This document shows, piece after piece, positions 20,126-31,200 of a stretch of DNA of 64,000 nucleotides (position 1 is its first letter; the number at the start of each line of letters is the position of its first letter). Location of the stretch: IMG/VR virus record IMGVR_UViG_3300030041_000010. The stretch is one strand, 5' to 3'. The notes beneath the pieces are model-generated. The model had not been told where the DNA came from and ran no database searches. It saw nothing but the letters and a program-made list of their open reading frames with translations. The stretch is from a virus. The translations under genes and the position numbers were made by a program.

Positions 20126-20168
20126 GTCATATATGGAGCCATAATCCCTTTACGGCTCCATATATGAC
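20126..20168. promoter_or_regulatory. Perfect 15-bp inverted repeat GTCATATATGGAGCC-(13 nt)-GGCTCCATATATGAC
   Basis: Both arms were read directly from the sequence. It sits between a terminator and the conserved promoter motif. Confidence 0.6.
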
Positions 20169-20189
20169 GCTTTTCAGAAAAACCAAAAT

Positions 20190-20240
20190 AATTTCCCAAA
20201 ATACTATCTAAAACCATGGTGACCTCGGTATACTAGGTAC
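20190..20240 (+). promoter_or_regulatory. Conserved phage promoter-like motif, copy 1, ending at a leaderless ATG
   Basis: 'TTTCCCAAAATACTATCTAAAACC-N13-TATACT-AGGTAC-ATGAG'. A near-identical copy lies at 21226..21277. Confidence 0.55.
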
Positions 20241-20657
20241 ATGAGCATGGAACAGACAAACCGCCGCAAGCATGTGATCCAGATGAATCGCCGTGAAGCC
20301 GACGAAGTCACCAGCTTTGTTAACTCCGTTCGGACATGGAAGGGTTTTAACCAGACGCATATCACTGAGCGTAAAGCGAAGTGGAATGTGACCGACTCCG
20401 AGATTGTCTCCGCTCTTCAGACCGGCGAAATCATCGAAGTCCACAACAACGTCCCCGGCGAACTCCGGGCGGTTATCCGTCAGGACATCGGCCTTCGCAG
20501 TATCTGCGTGACTGTTAGCCTGACCACGAAGTCGGTTGTGACCATGTGGGTCAACACCACGAACGACAGCCACGCCACTCTCCGTATGGAAGAGTATGGC
20601 TGGCAGATAAATCTGGTTGCTTTGATGGCAGCTTTCCGCAGGACAGTTGCCGCGTAG
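20241..20657 (+). CDS. Hypothetical protein (138 aa), apparently leaderless
   Basis: The ATG lies 6 nt after the TATACT of the conserved motif. Confidence 0.55.
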   Translation: MSMEQTNRRKHVIQMNRREADEVTSFVNSVRTWKGFNQTHITERKAKWNVTDSEIVSALQTGEIIEVHNNVPGELRAVIRQDIGLRSICVTVSLTTKSVVTMWVNTTNDSHATLRMEEYGWQINLVALMAAFRRTVAA

Positions 20658-20663
20658 GTTGAG

Positions 20664-20855
20664 TTGTTAAATCAAAATCAGTTGGAGGAAACCATGGGTG
20701 TTCTGACAGTTTATGCGATTCTCGTCAATGGCGTTGAAGTGAAGCGCCGTGTCCACTACCGCGATGCCAGCTACCACGCCAACAAGCTTCGTAGGGAGCA
20801 TGGGGTGTACAACGTTTGGCTTCGCCCCCACTTCGAACTGATGTCCATCGCCTAA
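20664..20855 (+). CDS. Small hypothetical protein (63 aa)
   Basis: RBS GGAGGAAACC-ATG. Confidence 0.5.
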   Translation: MLNQNQLEETMGVLTVYAILVNGVEVKRRVHYRDASYHANKLRREHGVYNVWLRPHFELMSIA

Positions 20856-20859
20856 TCGA

Positions 20860-21190
20860 CTTTCCCCGCCGCCCACACCATGTGACGCGACCTATGCAAG
20901 GCCACCACCTAAGAGGCAACGGCGGGGATTTGTGAGTGAGTTTGGAGACGTGGGTTCGACTCCCACCTGAGGGCCTAGCCTTCGGACGTAGCTCGGTTGG
21001 CAAGATACCAACCCACTCACATAAGATAGACCGGAAGGGCTCCACACGGAGTGGCTCCGGTCGGGGGTTGGCGGAACCCTTTAAGAAAATCCGCCTATTA
21101 TGGGGAGCATGATTGTCTGAGCTATCGAGGGTGTACAACCACGTTAGCTTGGTCGTGGGTTTGATTCCCACACGTCCCCACCAAGTTTCG
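20860..21190 (+). ncRNA. Structured ORF-free RNA region with two tRNA-like T-arm and acceptor signatures at about 20950..20976 and 21155..21183
   Basis: 'GTGGG-TTCGACT-CCCAC' and 'GTGGG-TTTGATT-CCCAC' are T-arm-like, and further hairpins are present. A complete cloverleaf could not be closed by eye. Confidence 0.35.
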
Positions 21191-21225
21191 TCCGGGTGGA
21201 CTGAAGGGCCGCAGTGATGGTCCTA

Positions 21226-21277
21226 ATTTTTTCCTAAAAACTATCCAAAACCTATACACTCCCGGTATACTAGACGT
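21226..21277 (+). promoter_or_regulatory. Conserved phage promoter-like motif, copy 2
   Basis: 'TTTTTTCCTAAAAACTATCCAAAACC-N13-TATACT-AGACGT-ATGAG'. Confidence 0.55.
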
Positions 21278-21514
21278 ATGAGAATTCCTATCAAAACCCT
21301 CTGGAAGACCTCTAACGTGTTTAAGAAGATGGTTGTCATTTTCTTCCTGCATGTCGTGGTCTTCTTCTTCCTACTCATCACCGGCCTTGTCGGCGTAGTG
21401 AAGCAAGAGTGGGTTGGCCTCGTCTTCATCATCCTCGCCGGTCGTGAGTCTTGGTGGATTAGCAAGCTGGCTCAGGAACTTGACCGCGTGCGCGGCTATC
21501 GGAGTACCTATTAA
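21278..21514 (+). CDS. Small membrane protein (78 aa), apparently leaderless
   Basis: Hydrophobic run 'VVIFFLHVVVFFFLLITGLVGVV' and 'GLVFIILAG'. Confidence 0.55.
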   Translation: MRIPIKTLWKTSNVFKKMVVIFFLHVVVFFFLLITGLVGVVKQEWVGLVFIILAGRESWWISKLAQELDRVRGYRSTY

Positions 21515-21774
21515 TGGCTAAGCTCACCGCAGCAACCGTCAACAAGGCCCTTAAAGCCGCTGGTCACCCGGAACGACTCGTACAGGCTGAAGGCTATGCT
21601 TACTTCACCGAGGGCAACCGCATTACCGACGTGCAGGATTTGCAGTGGTGGCTCGCCCAACACACCAGTCTCAAGGCCGGGTACGAGTACCAGACGCCGA
21701 AAGACGAAATCCCCTACAAAATTGGCGGTATCTTGAAACTGGGCAAAGACCCCCTGACAAAGGTATACCTGTGA
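21514..21774 (+). CDS. Hypothetical protein (86 aa)
   Basis: The start overlaps the upstream stop. Confidence 0.5.
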   Translation: MAKLTAATVNKALKAAGHPERLVQAEGYAYFTEGNRITDVQDLQWWLAQHTSLKAGYEYQTPKDEIPYKIGGILKLGKDPLTKVYL

Positions 21775-22268
21775 TGATGAACCCCATTCAGAAGAATATT
21801 GCAGATGGGATGAGCGCAATTGCTGCCGTCCTCACCGAAGCAACCTGTGGCGAAGCTTGCTGGCACGCTCGTGAAGAAGTTTGCCGTTGCTCCTGTGGCG
21901 GTAAGAACCATGGCTGTATGAAGACCTCAGCCGGTGGGCTCCGCCCGACCCGCACATGCAAGATTGACGGTCATCGCTATGAACTGGCCGCAGTTGGCAG
22001 CTACGGTGAGATGTATCGCGAAGCCCATAACGGTCTCAAAGCTATCGGTCCAAGGTCGGTCACCAAGTCCGGTTACAAGTATTTTTGGGGTGAGCGGGAA
22101 TCCGGCTCCCCACTCCGTGTCAAGTGTGCCACCAAGGAACAATTCAAGGCGTGGCCTGAACTGGAAGCCCACCGCTCGTTCCGCATGGACGCTGCCAAGA
22201 CTGCAACCTGCCAAGCTGCTCTGAACGTTAATGCACCATGGCCTTACATGCTCTGGAGGAAGATTTGA
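21774..22268 (+). CDS. Cys-rich putative zinc-binding protein (about 164 aa)
   Basis: Motif 'CGEACWHAREEVCRCSCGGKNHGC'. Start taken at the ATG that overlaps the upstream TGA. Confidence 0.5.
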   Translation: MMNPIQKNIADGMSAIAAVLTEATCGEACWHAREEVCRCSCGGKNHGCMKTSAGGLRPTRTCKIDGHRYELAAVGSYGEMYREAHNGLKAIGPRSVTKSGYKYFWGERESGSPLRVKCATKEQFKAWPELEAHRSFRMDAAKTATCQAALNVNAPWPYMLWRKI

Positions 22269-25200
22269 GACGCGGCTTGGCTGGGATGAGGTTTATTTCG
22301 GTGCCCTGCCGCTCTTTCCATTGGTTGAAGAAATCCTCGGGCAGCTTGCCATAGTGCATGACGATGTCTACTGGCGACTGGTAGTCTTCTTTACCGTCTT
22401 CTTTCTTCTTACGCCACTGGTGTCCATTACGAATCTCGGCGACCGCGATGATGCGGTTGGAGCCATGGTATCCAATGGGTGTAGTGATCCTTGCTGTGTC
22501 ACGGAACTTGTACTTGTCTGGGGTGATACGTGTCTTGGACTTCAGGCTACGAGTTAGCTGGTCGGACGCCTTTCGCCATGCGGCCTCACCCTGAGCGATG
22601 GTCGGGAAGATTTGTTCCTTTGGTGGGGTCTCATCATAAGCCACATCAGAGAAGACATCACGGTAGGCACGAATCACATCGTAGTCCTTCATCTTCGCCA
22701 CGGCGTGAGCCGCCTGACGGGTTATCGCCGCCTCCCACGTGGAGGGCAGGAGTTCCAAGAATCGCTTTTTCATTTCAGGGTGCATGGCTCCGACTGAGTT
22801 TTCAAAATTGTAATCCCAGTAGCTTATGCACTCCTTGATGTATCGAGCCTTAATGTCTTCAAGCGCTTCTTTCCAATACTCTGGTGTGTTGGGACTCGTC
22901 ATCGCGATGTAATAGCTTGGGACATGCCACGAGGCGTCGGAGAGATGAGGACAGCCGTTCGCCAAGTTCGTGAGGTTGATGTCGTCCTCATCCATGTACA
23001 TGGTGTTAGGCTGCAACTCCATGGCGATGAGGAGCATTCGACCGGGGCCGTAGTATCCAGTATCGCGAGGAGCCCCCATCGCTGTTGACATGTTGGTTGT
23101 GACGTAGACGCCGCCATAGCTTTCCCGGCTGGGCTTGTATATGTTGGCGTGCTCGTCATCCTGCCATTCACGCTTCTTGACTTCAGGAATCAACCCCTGA
23201 GCTAGGATGGAACGAAGGTTCTTGTACGGTGTACCGTGGTACCAGATGCTTCTCGGAGCCGCAACCTTCTCCCACGGGCCGCTATGTCCCGAACGTACCC
23301 CATGGCCTAAAGCTTGTGCCTCAGGATAAGCTGCCAGCACCTCGGGCTTCAGCGTGTTATAGAAATCGTCCTTGCTCAACACTATCTTTGACTGTGGTTC
23401 CCAAACAAACTCCCATTGGTCGGCACGGAACTCAATCCAAGCATGGTCACCCCGGCGACCGTCATTCAAATTCACCAGACCATGGACTAGTCTAACGTCT
23501 TCCATGCTGGATAGGCTTTGCTTCATACCCGGTGCCTGATCTGTGCTGATGGCCGAGAAACAGTCCTTGAAGCAGTCACCTTTAGCGGCGGAGTTCTTTT
23601 CAAACTTCTGCCGGAAACCGTTGCCTTCTGGCGTGAGACCTCCCCAGTTGATAAGACTGCCGAGGTTGTCAGCCTTCAGCTTCTGGAGCATCTTGGTTGC
23701 AATGCCTCTGTGACGAGCGTCACGATGGGTCTCAATCATCTTGATGTGGATGACTTCGGCTGGCTCACCTGACTCTGTGTGTATCTCATAGTCAGTGTAA
23801 AGACTGTAGTCGATGTAACCCACGGTCTGCCCGTTTGGTCCTTTGCAACGAACGGTGCCATAGGTTTCATTGTCGTGAGCATCGTAGATGTCGTTCTCGT
23901 AAGTCACCTTGGAGAGGTAGTCATCCAAGTCGAACTCTTCCCCTGCGAGTTTGGCCGATGATTTGAGCAGCGAATTCTCAAACGTGGTGCGGAAGTTCTC
24001 CATTTTTTCAACGAATTTGGCCGATGTTTTGGCCGATGTCAAGTAGGTCGGAATCACATCGCGGGGGATGTGCGTTTCCCAGCTTGCGGTCTTGGGGTCA
24101 TTTACTCTGAAACCATTCTTCACCTTGCCGCCATAAACAGCATCTTCATCGTTGCGATGGGGGATTGGGAAATACACCTCCCCCTTCGGCCATTTAGCCT
24201 TCATCACCTTGCGGATATTATCGGCTCCCACTGGATTGGCTGAGTGTACCTGCCATCCACGTACAGGCATGTTATGCTCCACGAGCCACTTCGCACATTC
24301 AAGGCCAGTAGGCACCGTGTAGTCTTCGTATGGGACACGCCAACCATCATCACGCTGCTGAGCCTGTGCCCGAGTCGGACAGTGTTCAATGTCGATGTCA
24401 TGATCGAAAGAAATAACGTTGGGCATTTCATGGGAATTGAAGTAAGCTACAAACTCATTGTAGTTATGCACAACGTCGATGTTAGGATCATTAGGCACGC
24501 GGCAGTCATCCAGATAGAGGATGGTTAGCTTACTCGCTTTCTTTTTCTTGCTATTTGGTAATTTAACCGGGTACCTACTTACTACCTGATAAATCGCATT
24601 GAGGAATCCCTTCCAAACTTTGTTAGCCACTGGTGTGTCAGTATACAGACCAAAACAAGTCCAATAGTCCCTGTACGCACTCGAAAATTGACTTGGCTTC
24701 TCTCCTCCCTCTTTAATAAGCTTTAAGACTTCGACATCGCTAAAGTTGTGATTACGTAGTTCCTCTACCGCATCTCTCGCAAATGCCGAAATTTCAATGG
24801 GAGAACCAAAATACTTTTCGAACTCCTCCCCCTTTTGAACCTGTTTCTTCTCCCTCCTCGGTATAACCTCCCCTTTATTTTTCCTCTTATTCGCCTTAAA
24901 CTGGTCGAGATGGGTCAATTCATGTGCAAGGATAATGCAAGACTCTTGGACGAATTTAGTCCAACCAGCGTCGTCTGCATTAACCAGTTGGGCAAGATTA
25001 GCCTCATTGTAATAGAGGGTAATATTATCCCCCTCGGAGTCAGCGCAACCAGATACGAATACTTCTCCTCTTCCCCCTGTGTTTTCTTCCTCAGTGGGGT
25101 CAATCCAAACGCCCCACATACCAAGGGCGTTGCCTAGTACCGTAGCAACTTGTTTCACGTTCTTTTTCGTGCCAACAATTTTACGTTTAAGGCGGTTAAG

Positions 25201-28200
25201 AAGGGCTGTCCACTCCTTTGTATCTACTTCAGGCAAAGCAGCGGTTTTGGCAGTAGTCTTATTGTCAGAGGCAATCCTCGGCATGTGCCGCATCTCGGGA
25301 GTGACTTCTTTGGCTGAAATCTGTCTTACCTTTGTGACTACTTTAGGGTTGAACACTACAACCCATTGTTCCTTACCCTCGTGCCCAAAAGAAGGAGCTT
25401 CCAATGCAGCGTCAACACCATGGTCAACCAAGAACCGCAGCAAGGCTAGACCCTTCTTCCCGGAGCCAGCCTCATAATTGACCGTGAGGTTGATGAGAAT
25501 GTCAGCCGAGAACGTATCCTTCTTCATGCGTTCGCAATGATTCTTCAGGTCGGTAGCGATGAGTTTGCCTTTGCCCAAGTAACGTGTGGCGAACTCCACA
25601 CCTTCGGCCAGCGGGATTTCCACTTTGTCAGCGAACGTCAGGTTGTCTTTGACGCTAACAAGATACGTTGCCTTACCACCTTTGGCGTATTGTGTTGCAC
25701 GGGCGTAGCTGGTCGTGAGGTAGAGCCCCGGACCGGCCTCGTAGCGTCCCTTACTTGGGGCTTGAATCTCGATAGGCCCATAGAGGCGACCGCCGTGCCA
25801 CAGGTCGGCGGCTGTCTTGTTGTACTCTTCACCGAATTGCTCGGATTTCTTTGTCAATGAAGCTGTCCTTGGTGTGTCCACATTACCCTGTTCGATGTGA
25901 AGGAATTGAGGAGGAACGCTTCCATAAACGATTATGGTTTGAGCGTCCATTCCCGACTCATAATCATAGCTGTAATTCTGCAAGTCAAGGGCGTGAGCTA
26001 ACGACTCCCGCGACTCTCCTTCCTGAACGTCAGGCTCCCGGCCAACATAGGGTAACTCACCTCCCGCTGCCTTCATCGCCGCCATATCAATAGCAATAAT
26101 GGCATCTCCATAGGAACCGTATTCCAACTGTTCGATGTTCTCTGATGTAAACAATGCGGAGCCCACCCATCGGTTGCTCATGCCTCGCGTTTTGTTGGAG
26201 ACATTGAGCCCCTCTTTCATAATCGCGTAGAGGTTGCTGTCGTCAGTAGCATGGTAAAGTTCTTGCGGGAATGACCAGAACTCCTTATTGAACTCATCCT
26301 CGGCATCAGGGTAAAAATCTTCGATGCGACAGGTGTTGACAAACTCCTGAGGATCGTCGTAAAACATGACTGCTCCATCATCGGATACATCAATCACGGC
26401 ATCCTCAGTGCAATAGAGGGCACCACCGGGATAGGCGTGGGCTTTCCAAGCTTCAAACTCATTCAGGGTACGTTCGACCGCCGCTTTGTCTCCCTCGACC
26501 GAGTTCAGACGGTCTTCAAGCGTCTGCTCATTCATCACTACCTCAGGCTCTGGCTGGCCTTCTGGGTGCCAGTCACCTTGCAAATCGGGCTCCATCTCCG
26601 GGAAGAGGAAACCGGGACGGTTGGGGTCAGTGGCTTGCTTCAGTAGTGCATTCTTTCTATTCCCGAAGGGGCGATGTGGTTGGTGCCACAGGTTTTTTCC
26701 ATCACTGGTCTGACGAGCCGCTTCTCCCTGCTTCAAAGTAAGGGTGAATTCCTTATATTTGCCATCTGGTGAAACCTCAACTGAACCGGAGGCCAGTTTC
26801 TTTCCCACGGTGCGAATATCCTTGGCATCGAAAATCACAAAGTTGGAAGTCCCTTTTCCTTGGTTGCGGCTGTAGGCATCGAGGTACTTAATACCTTTGA
26901 CTCCGAGGGATAGAAGATACAAACTCGCTGCCTTAGATGAGCCCTTCTCTTCAGACAGACGATGGTAGATTTCCTTCCCTGTGCCGGTGAGCCCCGCTAG
27001 AGCTTGAGCCACCTTTGGAGGCTGCTGTTCGTTATCCCAATCGAGCAACACGTCTGCTTCAGGAATCTGTGCTTCCATAAGCAGACCCTTAGCTCTCTTC
27101 ACGTCCGCTTTGCTGAGAGAATGAGTAAGGTCATAAATCTTCTGGTAATAATCCAGCCCCTTGTCCTTTGTCCATTCATCCTCACGTTTAGCTTCGGTGA
27201 GCATCTCATTAGCGAGTCGCTTCGCACCCGCTGTGCCCATGCTCATAATCAAGTCAGCAGCTTTCTGTTCAGCAGTGCCAGCTTCGGTGCGAACACCTTT
27301 AATCTCATAGAAGGTAGGTACAGGCGAGCCACCAACCCCTTCTTCACCTGAATACTGTTTCGCTACTTCCTTATTCTCGGCGAAGTAGAAACCCCATCCA
27401 TAGGCGTTCGCCCCCTCACCCGTGCCAATGTACTCAGCATTGAACTCGTCATGCTGATGAGGCGTGCCATGCCATGCCGCAGTCTTCTCTTCGCCTATGA
27501 TTTTCACCTGACTTGGTTCGAACACCACAGCGTCAAAATTCTCATCTGAATCAGGGAGGATAATACCGTCGTATCCCAGCCCTATCAGTTCATCAATGCT
27601 GTACTTATCATACTCATCCCATCCAGCCGGGTTAGTTATCTTAACCTTACAGCGTAGGATAACCTTGACACTGGTTGCACCACGCTCCCCATTCTTGAGA
27701 GCGTTCAAGTCAGACGTGAGCCAGAATGTATTCTGTGCCCCCTTGTTCATGTCCACTCGGGAGAAGGGTTTGTCAGTACCGTGGTAGAGGATGTACTCGT
27801 TGGTGGAGGCTGTCTTCACTTGAGAAGTCACATCGCCAACCAACTGCACAGCCTTTCCGCTGTACGTACGCCATTCTCCAAGAGCCGACTCCTGCGTGCC
27901 CATGGCACCGGGAATGGGCTTAAACTGGAGGATGGCAATTTCGGACTCAGGCACCTTCGCCAGACCCTCGGCGTCGGATGCGAAGAACAGGGGGTTCAGA
28001 GCCCCGCCAGCGTGCTCTCTGGTGGCACAGAAGAGTTTGTACTGGTCGAAGTCAATATCCTGCTTCTCCTTGGCCGTCATAGGGCGTTTAAATGCACTCC
28101 AGTAGTGCTCGTCGCGTCCTTGCCAGCCATCCCCGACAGGTTCCAACCCCTCGGCCTTCAATTGACTCTCCGACTTGGGGCTTACAAACCCAGCGTGTTG

Positions 28201-31200
28201 AATTTTCTTTCCTTCCAGCAGTGCTTGCAAGTCATCAGGGTAGGGTTCACCGGGGTTCCAATTATTGGGTGCGCGATAAGCACCAGCCCAGCGGATAAAC
28301 TCGGTGAGCCATGGCCTATCAGCACCCGCCCCCTTGGTCGCGAGGTCAAGCATTTGCTGAATGGTGAACTCACCGGCAGCGACACGCTTGGCTTCAATCA
28401 TAGCGTTGTAGATACCCTTGGCGATGTCTAAGTCCTCAGTGAAGCTGATGGACTTGTCGTCACCACCTCCAAGACCAAGACCGCTGCCCATATCGAGTTC
28501 GAAGCGAGACATCAAGTTACCACTCTGCACCTTGCTCTTAGCTGTGGTGACATGGTAAAGGGTTTGAGGCAGAGGCTTGAACCCATCAGCCATTCTGCCC
28601 CCGATGGAGTTTGCTATGTAGTTACGATTGTCGGCTTCCTTAGGGTCAAATTGACCAAGAGAGATGGCAGCAAGAAGGGATTGATCCCACTCGTTGCCAC
28701 GACGGTAACGTTGACGACGCTCGTCATCCGTTTCATTCTCATGCCAGCCTTTTCCTGAGTATTCCTTCCTGTCTTGCTGATAGGCATCATCGTAATCGGC
28801 TGCGGTCTTGGGGGCTGGGTCATCGTGAGGAACAGCGGATGCGACTTTACTCTTCTTCTTGAACGTCTTAGGTTCCCAGTAGACCTTCCAGTGTTTCTCA
28901 TACTTGCCAGTAATGCCACACTTTGACTCACCCGGCTTCTCCACAAAGGCACAGAGGCTCTCGGCCACAGGCTTCTTGTCCATGGTGAAGATTATGCGTT
29001 CACCCTTCAGCACGCGAGGGCGACTGCGGAAGGCCCAGAACTCCATCTTATGTGCTGGTGGTTCATCCCAAAAATGGTCACGAGCTTCCTTAGGCACTTC
29101 AATGTAGAAAGCGTAGTGACCCGTATACGCAGCGGTTTTGTCTGGCTCTGAAAGTTCAATGTAATAACGGGTAGCTCCACCCTCACCTGATACCCCCACT
29201 TTGAACCCGGCACGGTGGCTGCTCCACACTGTATCAAAATCATCCTTGGTCACAGGCACGGGCTTCTTGTACACAACCGCTTCATAGATGCGGAGGCAGT
29301 CTTGCCATGTTCCATCACCCGGAACTTTCTCCCATTCTTCATAAAGAGCATCACTGGTCTTATTCAGTGTGAAGCAGTCGGGCTCGGCTATTATGTGGTG
29401 GTCAACCTCAAGGGAGGATTGATCGAATTGGCTGAGAGGAAACTTGAATACGATAGGTGTTCCACCGTTTTCATCACACGCCGCATCGGCGAAGGACTCA
29501 GCGATACGCTGTGTGCCCCAGTAGTTGGGGGCGTTCAACACACCAGCATCCCCATTCTTGAAGATACCTTTGAGTAAGGCTGAACTGGTGCCGTGGTAAA
29601 GGAAGGTTGTAGACGCCGTGATGTTTTGTTTTGAACTAAACTCCCCATTGTTTCCAATGGCAGACTTCACCTGATTCGGGCTACCGATAACCACCCATAT
29701 ACCATGTCCCCAGTCGATGCCGTCATATCCCTTCGCCCGGAGTTTATCAAACATCTGTGCCTGAAACCGCTTGTAGTTCTCAACCTTTCGGAACGCTTCA
29801 TCTTCCTCAGGTGTAAATTTATAGGGGTTCTTGATAGACAGGTAGCAAGGCATGACACGCGACCGGGTGTTCGTCTTCTCATACTTCCCATGCTCATAAA
29901 CGTACCCTTGGCTGTCATTGTTATCAGCGTAGGATGAAGCCGAGTCGGGGCTGTCAGTGAACCAGATACCGTTCTTGTTGTTCCTGAACGCAGGGAAATC
30001 TATGTCCTTGGACGTGCCATGATACATCACCAAGGGCTTGCCCTGAGCATCGACCACCTTGCTCCCATTGAACCATGCTTGGAACTTTGAGTTGTCGTCC
30101 ACCGCCGCAAATTTGAAGGGGGTTTTTACCAAAGGGTCTTTTAACAATTTCGCGTACCCAGCCAGCCACTCCTTGGCTGACATACGCTCTTCCTCTTCAA
30201 CTAGCAGAGAATAATCCTTTACCGCCTTCTGAGTTTTGAAAACCTTCAAATAAATGGCCGTGATGTATTTACGAACGTTCTTTATCTCAGGGGCTACAAC
30301 CACCACCTCGTGCTCCGGCTTCTCCCACTTCTCCCCTGCCCAATCTACATCCTCGTAGTCTTGCAGCTTGTAGTCCTGTGCCAGTGCTTTGGCATCGAAC
30401 TCAATTATAGCTCCCTCAGACGGATGACCGCTCAAACCTTCAATGGCAAAGTTGCTGGCGACCGTCTTGCTGCGAGAAAGTCTAGGACCGTGAGGCTCCC
30501 CATCTCTTCCCCAGTGGACTCCTTCATACAATGTGTTGTCATTGAGAATACCGACGATACCATACATGCTGGTGCCGTGGTACAGCTTGTTGGATGCGGC
30601 TGTCTTTTCCGCAGGGTCTACAATCTGTATTTGGCTTGTCGAGAACGGAACGTAATGGTTGCTCTTGATATAGTGCCCATGGCGTCCAGCGTCGGCGTAG
30701 TTCTTGATGATGATACCGTCGTATTTGTCCTTGTCCAATTTCTCAAGGCGTCGGTTGATGGTGTGCTTACCGTAGGAATACTCCTCACCCTTCAGGTCGA
30801 TAATGTAGGGGCGGTTGATTCGCACTCTAGCATGAACAACACGTTCACCAAATGTACGAGCGGCCTTCTCTGAATCGGTGAAGTTGAACCCCAGCATGTT
30901 GATGGGGGCTTCGCCATATCCGGTACCCTTGAACTTGTCATTGAATGCTTCGAACTCTTCTTCGGTGCCATGGTAAACGTCATAGACTTGGGCTGTCTTC
31001 ACGCTTCCGGCCTTTGGGAAAGGTGGAATCTCAATACCCTTATCACGTGCCCAGTCTTGGAACTCAGCATCCCGACGCATCTGATCTTTAGTCTTTCCGA
31101 ACTGCTGAATGTCAGCCTCGTTGCTCGTCTCTTCTTCTGGATCAAGGAGAAGGTGGTTTCCATTCAACACGCCATGACCGCCAAGGAGGGTATACACCCG

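Noticed and set aside
20945-21183. Calling two complete tRNA genes
   Set aside because: The T-arm and 3' acceptor are clear, but no 5' acceptor strand, D-arm or anticodon arm could be paired satisfactorily by hand. Reported only as a tRNA-like structured RNA, pending tRNAscan or ARAGORN.
21645-21773. Upstream extension of the Cys-rich ORF (track start 21645)
   Set aside because: It overlaps 21514..21774 in another frame. An ATG at 21774 overlapping the upstream TGA gives a cleaner start.
27781-28431. Plus-strand ORFs inside 22228..43419, for example 27781..28431, 30310..30873, 30970..31752 and 41308..41856
   Set aside because: All lie antisense within the continuous megaprotein ORFs, which show strong domain signatures. 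No independent signals.
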